From assembly GCA_963555825.3 (NCBI GenBank), contig CAUVXB020000002.1:3552001-3616000 (forward strand): a stretch of DNA of 64,000 nucleotides, written 5' to 3'. The position numbers and the translations under genes are program-made. The notes below the pieces were generated by a model. That model had not been told where the DNA came from, searched no databases, and saw only the letters and a program-made list of their open reading frames with translations. This stretch comes from Alphaproteobacteria bacterium (GTDB lineage Bacteria; Pseudomonadota; Alphaproteobacteria; JAAXGF01). This document shows, one piece after another, positions 11,299 through 20,195 of this stretch; the stretch's first letter is position 1, and every line of letters starts with the position of its first letter.

Positions 11299-13043
11299 GC
11301 GTTCAGCGCAGGCTCGCCGCGATACTCACGGCCGATGTCGTCGGCTATTCGCGGCTGATGGGCGTCGACGAGGCGGGCACGCTTGCGCGGCTCCAGGCGC
11401 TGCGCGCCGAGGCGGTCGATCCGGCCATCGCCGAGCACAACGGCCGCATGGTCAAGCTGATGGGCGACGGCGCGCTGGTCGAGTTTGGCAGCGTCGTCGA
11501 CGCCGTCGAATGCGCAGTCGAAATTCAGCATGCAGTCGCCGAGGCGGCCGGCGAGATGGCCGAGGGCCAGCGCATCGAATTCCGCATCGGCGTCAACCTT
11601 GGCGACGTCATCATCGACGGCGACGACATCTACGGCGACGGCGTCAATATCGCCGCGCGGCTGCAGGAGATCGCCGAGCCGGGCGGCGTGTGCATCTCGG
11701 GCAGCGTCTTCGAACAGATCAAGGGCAAGCTCGATGCCGCCTTCGACGACATGGGCGCCCAAGACGTCAAGAACATCGCCGAACCGGTGCGCGCCTACCG
11801 CTGGGCGCACGCCGTCGCCGGCCCGGCGCGCGAGGCCCCGCTCGCGCTGCCCGACAAGCCGTCGCTCGCCGTGCTCGCCTTCGACAACCTGTCAGGCGAC
11901 CCCGAGCAGGAATACTTCTCGAACGGCATCGCCGAGGACATCATCACCGAGCTCTCGAAGTACCGCTCGCTGTTCGTCATCGCGCGCAACTCGTCGTTCG
12001 AGTTCAAGGGCCGCGCCGTCAACGTGCGCACGATCGGCCGCGAGCTCGGCGTGCAGTACATCGTCGAGGGCAGCGTGCGGCGCGCCGGCAAGCGCGTGCG
12101 CATCACCGCGCAGCTCGTCGAGGCGGCGACCGGCAACCATGTTTGGGCCGAGCGCTACGACCGCGACCTCGAGGATATCTTCGCGGTCCAGGACGAGGTC
12201 ACCCGGGCGATCGTCACGGCGATCGAACCCGAGCTCGCGACCGCCGAGCGTCAGCGCGCGCAACGCAAGCCGGTTGAGAGCCTCGACGCCTGGGAAACCT
12301 ACCAGCGCGGCCTCTGGCACGTGTTCCGCTACGAGCGGGATGACAATGCCAAGGCCCAGGAGTTCTTCCAACGGGCCATCGATCTCGACCCGAACTTCTC
12401 GTCGGCCTACGCCGGTTGGGCCTACGCCATTTACTACAGCGTCGTCCTCGGCCTGGTGGACGACCCGGAGGAACAGATCGCACGGGCGGTCAAGATTGGC
12501 AAAACCGCTGTCTCGATTGACGCGACCGATCCGTTCGCCCATGTCGCGCTCGGCCGCGCCTATCTCCTGGCGGGCGAGCACGACGCGTCGCTCACCGCGC
12601 TGGACATGGCGATCGCGCTGACGCCCAACTATGCCAACGCGCATTTCGGCCGCGCCCACACGCTGTGGCAGGCCGGCCGGCCCAAAGAGGCCATCGTGTC
12701 GCACGACGAGGCGATCCGGCTGAGCCCGCGCGATCCGATCATGTGGGCGTTCCTGGCGAGCAAGGCGATCGCGCTCTCCATGCTCGACCGGCACGAGGAG
12801 GCGGTCGAGTGCGCGCGCCAGGCGCAACACCAGCCGAACTCGGCGATCTGGGCGAACATGGCGGAAATCTCGGCGCTCGGCCACCTCGGCCGCGCCGACG
12901 AGGCGAAGCAGGCCTTGGCGCGCGCGCGCTCCATCAAGCCCGACCTGTCGGTCGACTTCGCCGACACGGCGCTGAAGATCAAGCACCAGCGCGACCGCCA
13001 GCACTACGTCGATGGCCTGATCAAGGCCGGGCTGACCGAATGA
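11295..13043 (+). CDS. Class III adenylate/guanylate cyclase-TolB-like-TPR protein, copy 2
   Basis: ATGA overlap; start MSVQRRLAAIL; same motifs as copy 1. Confidence 0.92.
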   Translation: MSVQRRLAAILTADVVGYSRLMGVDEAGTLARLQALRAEAVDPAIAEHNGRMVKLMGDGALVEFGSVVDAVECAVEIQHAVAEAAGEMAEGQRIEFRIGVNLGDVIIDGDDIYGDGVNIAARLQEIAEPGGVCISGSVFEQIKGKLDAAFDDMGAQDVKNIAEPVRAYRWAHAVAGPAREAPLALPDKPSLAVLAFDNLSGDPEQEYFSNGIAEDIITELSKYRSLFVIARNSSFEFKGRAVNVRTIGRELGVQYIVEGSVRRAGKRVRITAQLVEAATGNHVWAERYDRDLEDIFAVQDEVTRAIVTAIEPELATAERQRAQRKPVESLDAWETYQRGLWHVFRYERDDNAKAQEFFQRAIDLDPNFSSAYAGWAYAIYYSVVLGLVDDPEEQIARAVKIGKTAVSIDATDPFAHVALGRAYLLAGEHDASLTALDMAIALTPNYANAHFGRAHTLWQAGRPKEAIVSHDEAIRLSPRDPIMWAFLASKAIALSMLDRHEEAVECARQAQHQPNSAIWANMAEISALGHLGRADEAKQALARARSIKPDLSVDFADTALKIKHQRDRQHYVDGLIKAGLTE

Positions 13044-14797
13044 GCGTGCAGCGCCGGCTCGCCGCAATTCTCGCGGCCGACGTCGTCGGATTTTCGCGGC
13101 TGATGGGCGCCGACGAGGCGGGCACGCTGGAGCGCCTCAAGGCGCTGCGTAAGGACCTGTTCGCACCCAAGATTGCCGCGCACAACGGCCGCATCGTCAA
13201 GCTGATGGGCGATGGGGCGTTGGTCGAGTTCGCCAGTGTCGTCGATGCCGTCCAATGCGCGGTCGCCCTGCAACGGGCGCTCGCCGGCCGCGGTGACGAG
13301 ACACCAGTGGAGCGGCGCATCGATCTGCGCATCGGCATCAACCTGGGCGACGTGATCATCGAGGGCAGCGACATCTACGGCGACGGGGTGAACGTCGCGG
13401 CACGCTTACAGGAGATCGCCGCGCCCGGCGGCGTCGCCCTTAGCGCCACCGCGTACGAGCACGCGGAGGCAAAAATCGACATCGGCTTCGAAGATGGCGG
13501 CGAGCACGAACTCAAGAACATCGCCAAGCCGGTTCGCGTCTACCACTGGCCCGAGGGCGGCGCGGCCCGCCGGCCCGCGAAGGCGGGCACGAAGGATACG
13601 CCGGCGCTTTCCGACAAGCCGTCGATCGCCGTGCTGCCGTTCACCAACATGTCGGGCGACGCCGAGCAGGAATACTTTGCCGATGGCATCACCGAAGACA
13701 TCATCACCACGCTGTCGAAATTTCCAGGCCTCGCCGTCATCGCGCGGAACTCGACGTTTGCGTACAAAGGTAAATCCGTCAGCGTGAAGGATGTCGCCGC
13801 CGAACTCGGCGTGCAATTCGTGCTCGAAGGCAGTGTCCGGCGCGGCGGCGACAGGATGCGCATCACCGCGCAGTTGATCGATGCCGCCGACGCCAGCCAT
13901 CTCTGGGCCGAACGTTACGACCGAAAGGTCGAGGACATTTTCGAGGTGCAGGACGAGATCACCCGCCACATCGTCGTGGCCTTGCAGGCCGAGCTGGTGA
14001 TGGGCGACTACGCGCAGCTCTGGCAGGGCGGTTCCAAGAACTTCGAAGCGTGGCAGCTCACGGCGCGCGCCATGCACGAATTCCTCAAGTTCACCAAGGA
14101 AGGAATGCTCAAGTCTAGGGAGCTGAACGAGAAGGCGCTGGAGTTGGAGCCTGATGACGAAATCATCATGGCGTCGGTGGGTCATTGCAACGATCAGTTG
14201 GCGAGTTCGAATTGGGTGCCGGATCCCGAGGCCGCCTTCGCCAAAGCACAGGAAATGGGCGAACGCATTCTGGCCGCCAACCCGGATAGCGCCCCGGGCC
14301 ATGTTCTGCTGGCTTCCATTCAACGCTCGCGCCGACAATTCGACGACGCGGTCGTCAACTCGGCTCGCGCATTGGAGCTAGCGCCGAATGACTCCATCAA
14401 CCAGGCCTTTTTGGCGGCGACTCTGATTGCCGCCGACCGGCCCGGCGAGGCCGTGGAACACATCGAGTCGGCGATCCGCCTCAACCCCACCTATCCGAAC
14501 TGGTTCGGCCACGCCCGCGTGCAGGCCTACCGCATGACCGGGCGGCTCGATCGGGCACTCGAGGCGGCCGTGGAACTGGTGCAACGACATCCAGACTATC
14601 TGTCTGGTCTGGTCTTGCGGACCGCCGTTTGCGCCGAAAGCGACATGGCCGCGGAGGCCCAACGAGCGGCGCAAGCCGTGCTGGAACGGAACCCCGAATT
14701 CACGATCTCGGACTATTTGTCGCGCGTCCATTACAAGAACCCGTCACGGAACGAAGACCTGGCGGCAGCGCTGCGCAAGGCGGGATTGCCGGAATGA
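13040..14797 (+). CDS. Class III adenylate/guanylate cyclase-TolB-like-TPR protein, copy 3
   Basis: ATGA overlap; ADVVGFSRLM, KLMGDG, GDGVNVAARLQ; TPRs. Confidence 0.92.
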   Translation: MSVQRRLAAILAADVVGFSRLMGADEAGTLERLKALRKDLFAPKIAAHNGRIVKLMGDGALVEFASVVDAVQCAVALQRALAGRGDETPVERRIDLRIGINLGDVIIEGSDIYGDGVNVAARLQEIAAPGGVALSATAYEHAEAKIDIGFEDGGEHELKNIAKPVRVYHWPEGGAARRPAKAGTKDTPALSDKPSIAVLPFTNMSGDAEQEYFADGITEDIITTLSKFPGLAVIARNSTFAYKGKSVSVKDVAAELGVQFVLEGSVRRGGDRMRITAQLIDAADASHLWAERYDRKVEDIFEVQDEITRHIVVALQAELVMGDYAQLWQGGSKNFEAWQLTARAMHEFLKFTKEGMLKSRELNEKALELEPDDEIIMASVGHCNDQLASSNWVPDPEAAFAKAQEMGERILAANPDSAPGHVLLASIQRSRRQFDDAVVNSARALELAPNDSINQAFLAATLIAADRPGEAVEHIESAIRLNPTYPNWFGHARVQAYRMTGRLDRALEAAVELVQRHPDYLSGLVLRTAVCAESDMAAEAQRAAQAVLERNPEFTISDYLSRVHYKNPSRNEDLAAALRKAGLPE

Positions 14798-16539
14798 GCG
14801 TCAATCGCAGGCTCGCCGCGATCTTGTCGGCCGATGTCGTGGGCTATTCGCGGTTGATGGGCACCGACGAGGCGGGCACGCTCGAGCGCCTCAAGGCGCT
14901 GCGCGCCGAGGCCATCGATCCGGTCATCGCGGCGCACGGCGGGCGCATCGTCAAGCTGATGGGCGACGGCACGCTGGTCGAGTTCGCCAGCGTCGTCGGC
15001 GCCGTCGACTGCGCCGTCGAAATTCAGCATGCGGTCGCCGAGGCGAATGGCGCGCTGGCCGAGGACCAGCGCATCGTCTTCCGCATCGGCGTCAACCTGG
15101 GAGACGTCATCATCGACGGCGACGACATCTACGGCGACGGCGTCAACGTCGCCGCGCGGCTGCAGGAGATCGCCGAGCCGGGCGGCGTCTGCCTCTCGGG
15201 CAGTGTCTACGATCAGGTCAAGGGTAAGGTCGAGGCGGCCTTCGAGAACTTGGGCGAGCGCGAGGTCAAGAACATCGCCGAGCCGGTTCGGGTGTATCGT
15301 GTCGTCGCTGCTGGAGACACTGCTGACGCTATGACCCAATCGACTCACAGCCCGCCGCTGCCCGACAGGCCCTCGATCGCCGTGCTGCCCTTCGTCAACA
15401 TGTCGGGCGACCCGGAGCAGGAATATTTCTCCGACGGCATCACCGAAGACATCATCACCGAGCTGTCGCGCTTCCACTCGCTGTTCGTCATCGCCCGCAA
15501 CTCGTCGTTCCACTACAAGGGCCAATCACCCAAGATCCAGGACGTCGGCCGCGACCTCGGCGTGCAGTACGTCGTCGAAGGCAGCGTGCGCAAGGCGGGC
15601 AACCGGGTACGCGTCACCGCCCAGCTGGTCGAGACCGCGAACGGCAACCACCTGTGGGCGGAGCGCTATGACCGCGACCTCGAGGACATCTTCGCGGTCC
15701 AGGATGAGCTGGTGGGCGAGATTGCGGCGGCGGTGCCGGGCCAGCTCGATGCCACGGCGACACAGCGCGCCCGGCGCAAGCCGGTCGAGAACCTGACCGC
15801 CTACGATTACGTGCTGCGTGGTGAATGGCTCATATCTCAGGAATTTGGCAGCCCCGAGATACGTGCGCTGTTCGAAAAGGCGATCGAGATCGATCCACTG
15901 TGCGCCCGCGCGTACACACGGCTTGCGACGTGGCATGCATACAGCGTCTACGCCCATGGCGCGTCCGCTGACGAAGCCACGCAATTGGCTCGATCGTTGG
16001 CCGAAAAGGCGATGGGAATCGACCCGAACGATCCGGCGGTCCTGGGCGTGGCCGCCGGGGCCTACGTCATGGTGGGAGAGCACGACCTGGCGCGACGTCA
16101 CATCGAAAAGGCCATTTCGCTTAATCCCAACGACTATCTCGTCATGCTCATGGCCAGTCTCACCCTGGCCTATCTCGGCGACCATGAGGACGCGCTGGAT
16201 TGGATGCGCCTGGTGTCGCGGCATGATCCCTATGCGGGAGATGCCATGCGGGAGTACTATTTCGACGCCTATTACATGGCACGGCGTTACGAAGACGCGA
16301 TCGGGAGCATAAAGGGGTGGCACGATCCGCCGCCGCACATGCTGGCCGAAATCGCCGCGGCTTATGCGCAGGCCGACCGCATGGACGACGCGCGCGCGAC
16401 GGTGGCGAAATACCGGGAAACGCGGCCCGCGGGAGACAGCGGCGCCGAATTCGTCCACGCCCATGTCCGCATGTGCGCCCGTCAGGAGGACGCCGATCAC
16501 TGGCTCGAGGGCTACCGCAAGGCGGGGCTCGATGTTTGA
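14794..16539 (+). CDS. Class III adenylate/guanylate cyclase-TolB-like-TPR protein, copy 4
   Basis: ATGA overlap; start MSVNRRLAAIL; same motifs. Confidence 0.92.
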   Translation: MSVNRRLAAILSADVVGYSRLMGTDEAGTLERLKALRAEAIDPVIAAHGGRIVKLMGDGTLVEFASVVGAVDCAVEIQHAVAEANGALAEDQRIVFRIGVNLGDVIIDGDDIYGDGVNVAARLQEIAEPGGVCLSGSVYDQVKGKVEAAFENLGEREVKNIAEPVRVYRVVAAGDTADAMTQSTHSPPLPDRPSIAVLPFVNMSGDPEQEYFSDGITEDIITELSRFHSLFVIARNSSFHYKGQSPKIQDVGRDLGVQYVVEGSVRKAGNRVRVTAQLVETANGNHLWAERYDRDLEDIFAVQDELVGEIAAAVPGQLDATATQRARRKPVENLTAYDYVLRGEWLISQEFGSPEIRALFEKAIEIDPLCARAYTRLATWHAYSVYAHGASADEATQLARSLAEKAMGIDPNDPAVLGVAAGAYVMVGEHDLARRHIEKAISLNPNDYLVMLMASLTLAYLGDHEDALDWMRLVSRHDPYAGDAMREYYFDAYYMARRYEDAIGSIKGWHDPPPHMLAEIAAAYAQADRMDDARATVAKYRETRPAGDSGAEFVHAHVRMCARQEDADHWLEGYRKAGLDV

Positions 16540-16692
16540 GTAGCAATGGCGACACCGCGGATAGACAAATAATTCTAAGGTATGTGCTGAGCAATCGTCG
16601 TTTGTAGGGGCGGCTATAGGGCCCCATATCCTGGGTTACAGAACAACCCCCATGAGCATTGCCATAGCAATTCTCACAAGCCCGAGGATGAT

Positions 16693-17583
16693 ATGACGAC
16701 CACCCACGCCCCCCTGGCCGAGATGGCGCGCACCGCCGCGCCCTTTACCGCCGCCACGACCGATGCCGAGGCCGACTACGTCGAGGCCGAGTTGACCTAC
16801 ACGGTCAAGACCAGTGAACGTCCGGTTCGCTACAAATATGACGTTGATAATGAGCAACAGACAGAGACCGGCACGTCGGGGACCGAAACGGTCCGCGTCC
16901 ACGACGGCCGCGCGATCGCCCGCGATCTCTCGCTCGACGACCAGGGCTTCGTGCTGACGCGGCACAACAGCGCAGTCGCCGACTTCTATGACGACGCCGA
17001 GGTGCAGGCCGTCTACTACCCCGAGATCGAGCGCCTGGTGAAAGAGGCGACCGGGGCTTCCAAGGTCGTCATCTTTTACCACACGACGCGCATCGACGGC
17101 GCCACCAACCCGGACGGCGAGATCGCCAAAACCGGCGTCCGTCAGGTGCACAACGACTACACCCGGAAGTCGGGGCCGCAGCGCGTGCGCGACCTGCTCG
17201 AGGCCGACAAGGCCGAGCGGCGGTTGCAGGGCCGCTTCGCCCAGATCAACGTCTGGCGGCCGATCACCGGCCCGGTCGAGCGCACGCCGCTGGCGCTGAT
17301 CGACGCCCAGTCGATCGCGGAGGCGGACCTGGTGCCGGTCGACCTGGTCTACGACGACCGCGTCGGCGAGATCTACCACGGCGCCTACAACCCCGATCAC
17401 CGCTGGTACTACTTCCCCGAGATGGCGGCCGACGAGGCGATCCTGATCAAGGGGTACGATTCGGCCGAGGACGGCCGCGCGCGCTTCACCCTGCACTCGG
17501 CCTTCGACGACCCGACGACGCCGGCCGACGCCGCGCCGCGCGAGAGCATCGAAGTCCGCGTGCTGGCCTTCTTCGAGGAGTAG
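16693..17583 (+). CDS. CmcJ/NvfI (AsaB-like) family oxidoreductase, copy 1
   Basis: LSLDDQGFVL, VYYPEIE, VHNDYT, INVWRPI, HRWYYFPEM, HSAF, PRESIEVR. Confidence 0.85.
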   Translation: MTTTHAPLAEMARTAAPFTAATTDAEADYVEAELTYTVKTSERPVRYKYDVDNEQQTETGTSGTETVRVHDGRAIARDLSLDDQGFVLTRHNSAVADFYDDAEVQAVYYPEIERLVKEATGASKVVIFYHTTRIDGATNPDGEIAKTGVRQVHNDYTRKSGPQRVRDLLEADKAERRLQGRFAQINVWRPITGPVERTPLALIDAQSIAEADLVPVDLVYDDRVGEIYHGAYNPDHRWYYFPEMAADEAILIKGYDSAEDGRARFTLHSAFDDPTTPADAAPRESIEVRVLAFFEE

Positions 17584-17828
17584 TTTGTGTTCCGGTCGTC
17601 ATTACTGCGTAATGATGACCTGCGCTCAATCGCCGTGCAGGCTCTCGCCGAACGGTCGGCGGCCCGCAGTCGCGGGCTGGAAGAAGTTATCGATGGTTGA
17701 GGGATTCTGATGCGACGCCCGAGCAATCCTCGTTTGCCGTGGCGCGAGACGTCGCCTATATGGTCTGATGTCTGGTCGAACGCGCCGGGAATGGCCGCTG
17801 CCGTTCCCGGTCGATGGAGGAGCCCGCG

Positions 17829-18668
17829 ATGACCGCCGCCGCCGCCCGCACCGAGACCGGCCATCTTGACGCGCCGGTCGTCTATCTCGCCGATCTGGAC
17901 GTCAAGCCGGTCACGCATAACCCACCGCCGGGCAGCGCGCTGCCGTGGCGCGAGGGCAACTACCGGCCGTTCACCGTGGCGATGCATAACGGCCGCCGGG
18001 TTGCGCGGGATTTGTCGCTCGACCGCGAGGGTTTCGAGCTGGTGCGTCACGAGACCGCGGTCGCCGACTTCTACGACGACGATGAGGTGCGCGCCGTCTA
18101 CTATCCCGAGCTCGAGAAACTGCTCAAGCGGGAGACCGGGGCGGCGCGCGTCGTCATCTTCGACCACACGCGGCGCGCCGACGGCGGCGGCGAGCCGGGC
18201 GCCAAGGCCGAGCGCGCGCCGGTTCGCCTGACACATAACGACTACACCGAGAAATCGGGCCCGCGCCAGGTGCGCGATTCGCTGCCGGCGGATGAGGCCG
18301 AAGAGGCGCTCAAGCACCGCTATATCGAAGTCAACGTCTGGCAGCCGATCAGCGGGCCGGTGCTGTCGTCGCCCTTAGGGCTGGTCGACGCGTCGTCGAT
18401 CGCGCCCGGCGACCTGGTGGCCGTCGATTTGGTCTACGAGGACCGCACCGGCGAGATCTACCACGGCCTGCGCAACCCCGATCACCGCTGGTACTACTTC
18501 CCGCGCATGACCGCCGACGAGGCGGTGCTGATTAAATGCTTCGATTCGGCGAGGGACGGCCGCGCGCGGTTCTCGCTGCACACCGGCTTCGACGACCCGA
18601 CGACGCCCGACGACGCGCCCGCGCGAGAGAGCATCGAGACCCGTGCGCTGCTGTTCTTCGACGAGTAG
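17829..18668 (+). CDS. CmcJ/NvfI (AsaB-like) family oxidoreductase, copy 2
   Basis: Clear paralog of 16693-17583; THNDYT, VNVWQPI, HTGF, RESIETR; RBS GGAGGAG. Confidence 0.85.
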   Translation: MTAAAARTETGHLDAPVVYLADLDVKPVTHNPPPGSALPWREGNYRPFTVAMHNGRRVARDLSLDREGFELVRHETAVADFYDDDEVRAVYYPELEKLLKRETGAARVVIFDHTRRADGGGEPGAKAERAPVRLTHNDYTEKSGPRQVRDSLPADEAEEALKHRYIEVNVWQPISGPVLSSPLGLVDASSIAPGDLVAVDLVYEDRTGEIYHGLRNPDHRWYYFPRMTADEAVLIKCFDSARDGRARFSLHTGFDDPTTPDDAPARESIETRALLFFDE

Positions 18669-18859
18669 AGGTCTGCGTCGGCCTGTTCGCCGGCGACCTC
18701 AGGGCTCGTGGTCCCGCGCGGCCATCGCGGCGCGCAGCTTGGCGACAAGGCGTCGCAATGAGCGGGGCGCCGGCTGCCGTAACGGACCGCGATGAGCGAA
18801 ACGCAGCGCCGGCTCCACGCCGGTCGGCGACGTCCTTGAGGGGAGCGCTGCTGGCTGTC

Positions 18860-19714
18860 TTAGTTCCCGAGCGCAAAGTCCCGCAGGGCGACGATATACG
18901 CTTTTTGGGCAGGCCCGAGTTCGGTACGGAGATCTACACTATTGTACTTAAGCAGCGACAACCCTTCGGGATCCTCGACCCAGTTGTTGGCTATGTATAT
19001 CGACGGCTGATCGCCAACTTGTTTATACGTGAATGATACCGCCACCGTGAACACGTCCTTGAGATGAAAGTTGGCTTTGTCGAGCTGCCCGGTAAGCCCG
19101 CCAAAATCGAGCATCAGCATGCGCTTGCCGGTGAAGGTATAGCCGATGTCGAGTTTGTCGTTGGCGACGACAATTGCGCTGTACACGGTCCTTACAAAAC
19201 TGCTGGGGTCCTCGGTCTGGAAACCCTTGCCAGGCGAAACGCTGTACAGCGGCAGCGATCCCCCCTTTTTGGCGACCGGCTTGTCGCAGTTCGCCACCGT
19301 GCCGTCTTGAATCAGCATGTACCCAACCGCCGCCGTGATCACGCTGATCGCCTTGCCCAGCGCGGCACCCTCCAGCTTTTCCTTGAATTCAACCGTTATA
19401 GATGCATTGGGACTCGATTTGCCTTCGAACCCGCCGAGCCCATAGGTCAGCGTGCCAAATTTGGCTTTATCGTCAAAATTTTTCTCGAGAAACGCGGCAA
19501 CGACTATCGCTTGCCGCTGGGTAAATTCACTCCAGCTTGCGAAATTCTTTGTCGCCAGAATGTGGTTCACCCCTCCGCCGATGATCGGGCCCGCGTCTTT
19601 GCTCGGGATCGCTTCGAATATCAGATTGCACACCGCCGCCTGAGCGGTCGAGACGGGGAGCCACAGAAATGCGCATACGAGCGCTGCGCCGAAATGTCGA
19701 GCGAAGTGGGTCAT
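18860..19714 (-). CDS. Hypothetical secreted protein
   Basis: Start MTHFARHFGAALVCAFLWLPVSTAQA resembles a Sec signal ending AQA; RBS AAGGAA; no family recognised. Confidence 0.65.
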   Translation of the reverse strand: MTHFARHFGAALVCAFLWLPVSTAQAAVCNLIFEAIPSKDAGPIIGGGVNHILATKNFASWSEFTQRQAIVVAAFLEKNFDDKAKFGTLTYGLGGFEGKSSPNASITVEFKEKLEGAALGKAISVITAAVGYMLIQDGTVANCDKPVAKKGGSLPLYSVSPGKGFQTEDPSSFVRTVYSAIVVANDKLDIGYTFTGKRMLMLDFGGLTGQLDKANFHLKDVFTVAVSFTYKQVGDQPSIYIANNWVEDPEGLSLLKYNSVDLRTELGPAQKAYIVALRDFALGN

Positions 19715-20081
19715 GGCATGGGTTCCTTCCTTGGTCGGCGACGTCTTCGTGACGGAGCTGTTCTTGCGGAAGCTCTCGCCGCCGATGAAAACCGGGCCGG
19801 TGAATATGCCGGAGGCGTGTTCCCATTGCCGTTGCACCGCTTTGTAGGCCACCGCCGCCGACGCGGCCCCGAACCGCAGCGCCCTGGCTGGGCGCCGCAA
19901 GGGGCGCGGAACTGTTCGCCCCTTGCGGTTCCCCCTAACCCCTAACAAGTGCTGCCGCTTTTGACGATCGCTCGGACGTCCTCGGAGTCATCGACCGCGT
20001 TGATGGCGGTTTGCATTATGCTTCTCGCGGTGGCGATGTTCGCATGGGCATAGGATCGGACATGGCGCCGGCACGAGGCGT

Positions 20082-20195
20082 TGAGTCGGACCCGATTTCC
20101 TTGGACACAGAATTGGCTTAATCGAAGTGTCCAAGGAGGACCGGAACATGACCGACAATTTTGAGAACAAAGTTGCTGTTGATGGGCCTGTGGTA
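20082..20195 (+). mobile_element. Truncated left end of the IS3/IS481-like element
   Basis: Matches the start of 62384-63803 (TGAGTCGGACCCGATTTCC...GGCCTGTGGTA); cut off by IS256. Confidence 0.9.

Noticed and set aside
11064-14794. Long N-terminal extensions on cyclase copies 2-4 in the ORF track
   Set aside because: They overlap the preceding gene; paralog alignment and the ATGA junctions fix the starts at 11295, 13040 and 14794
9472-16539. Pycsar/CBASS-like defence system
   Set aside because: The cyclases carry ATP-type specificity residues and a TolB-TPR architecture, and no adjacent TIR, TM or cNMP-binding effector is present
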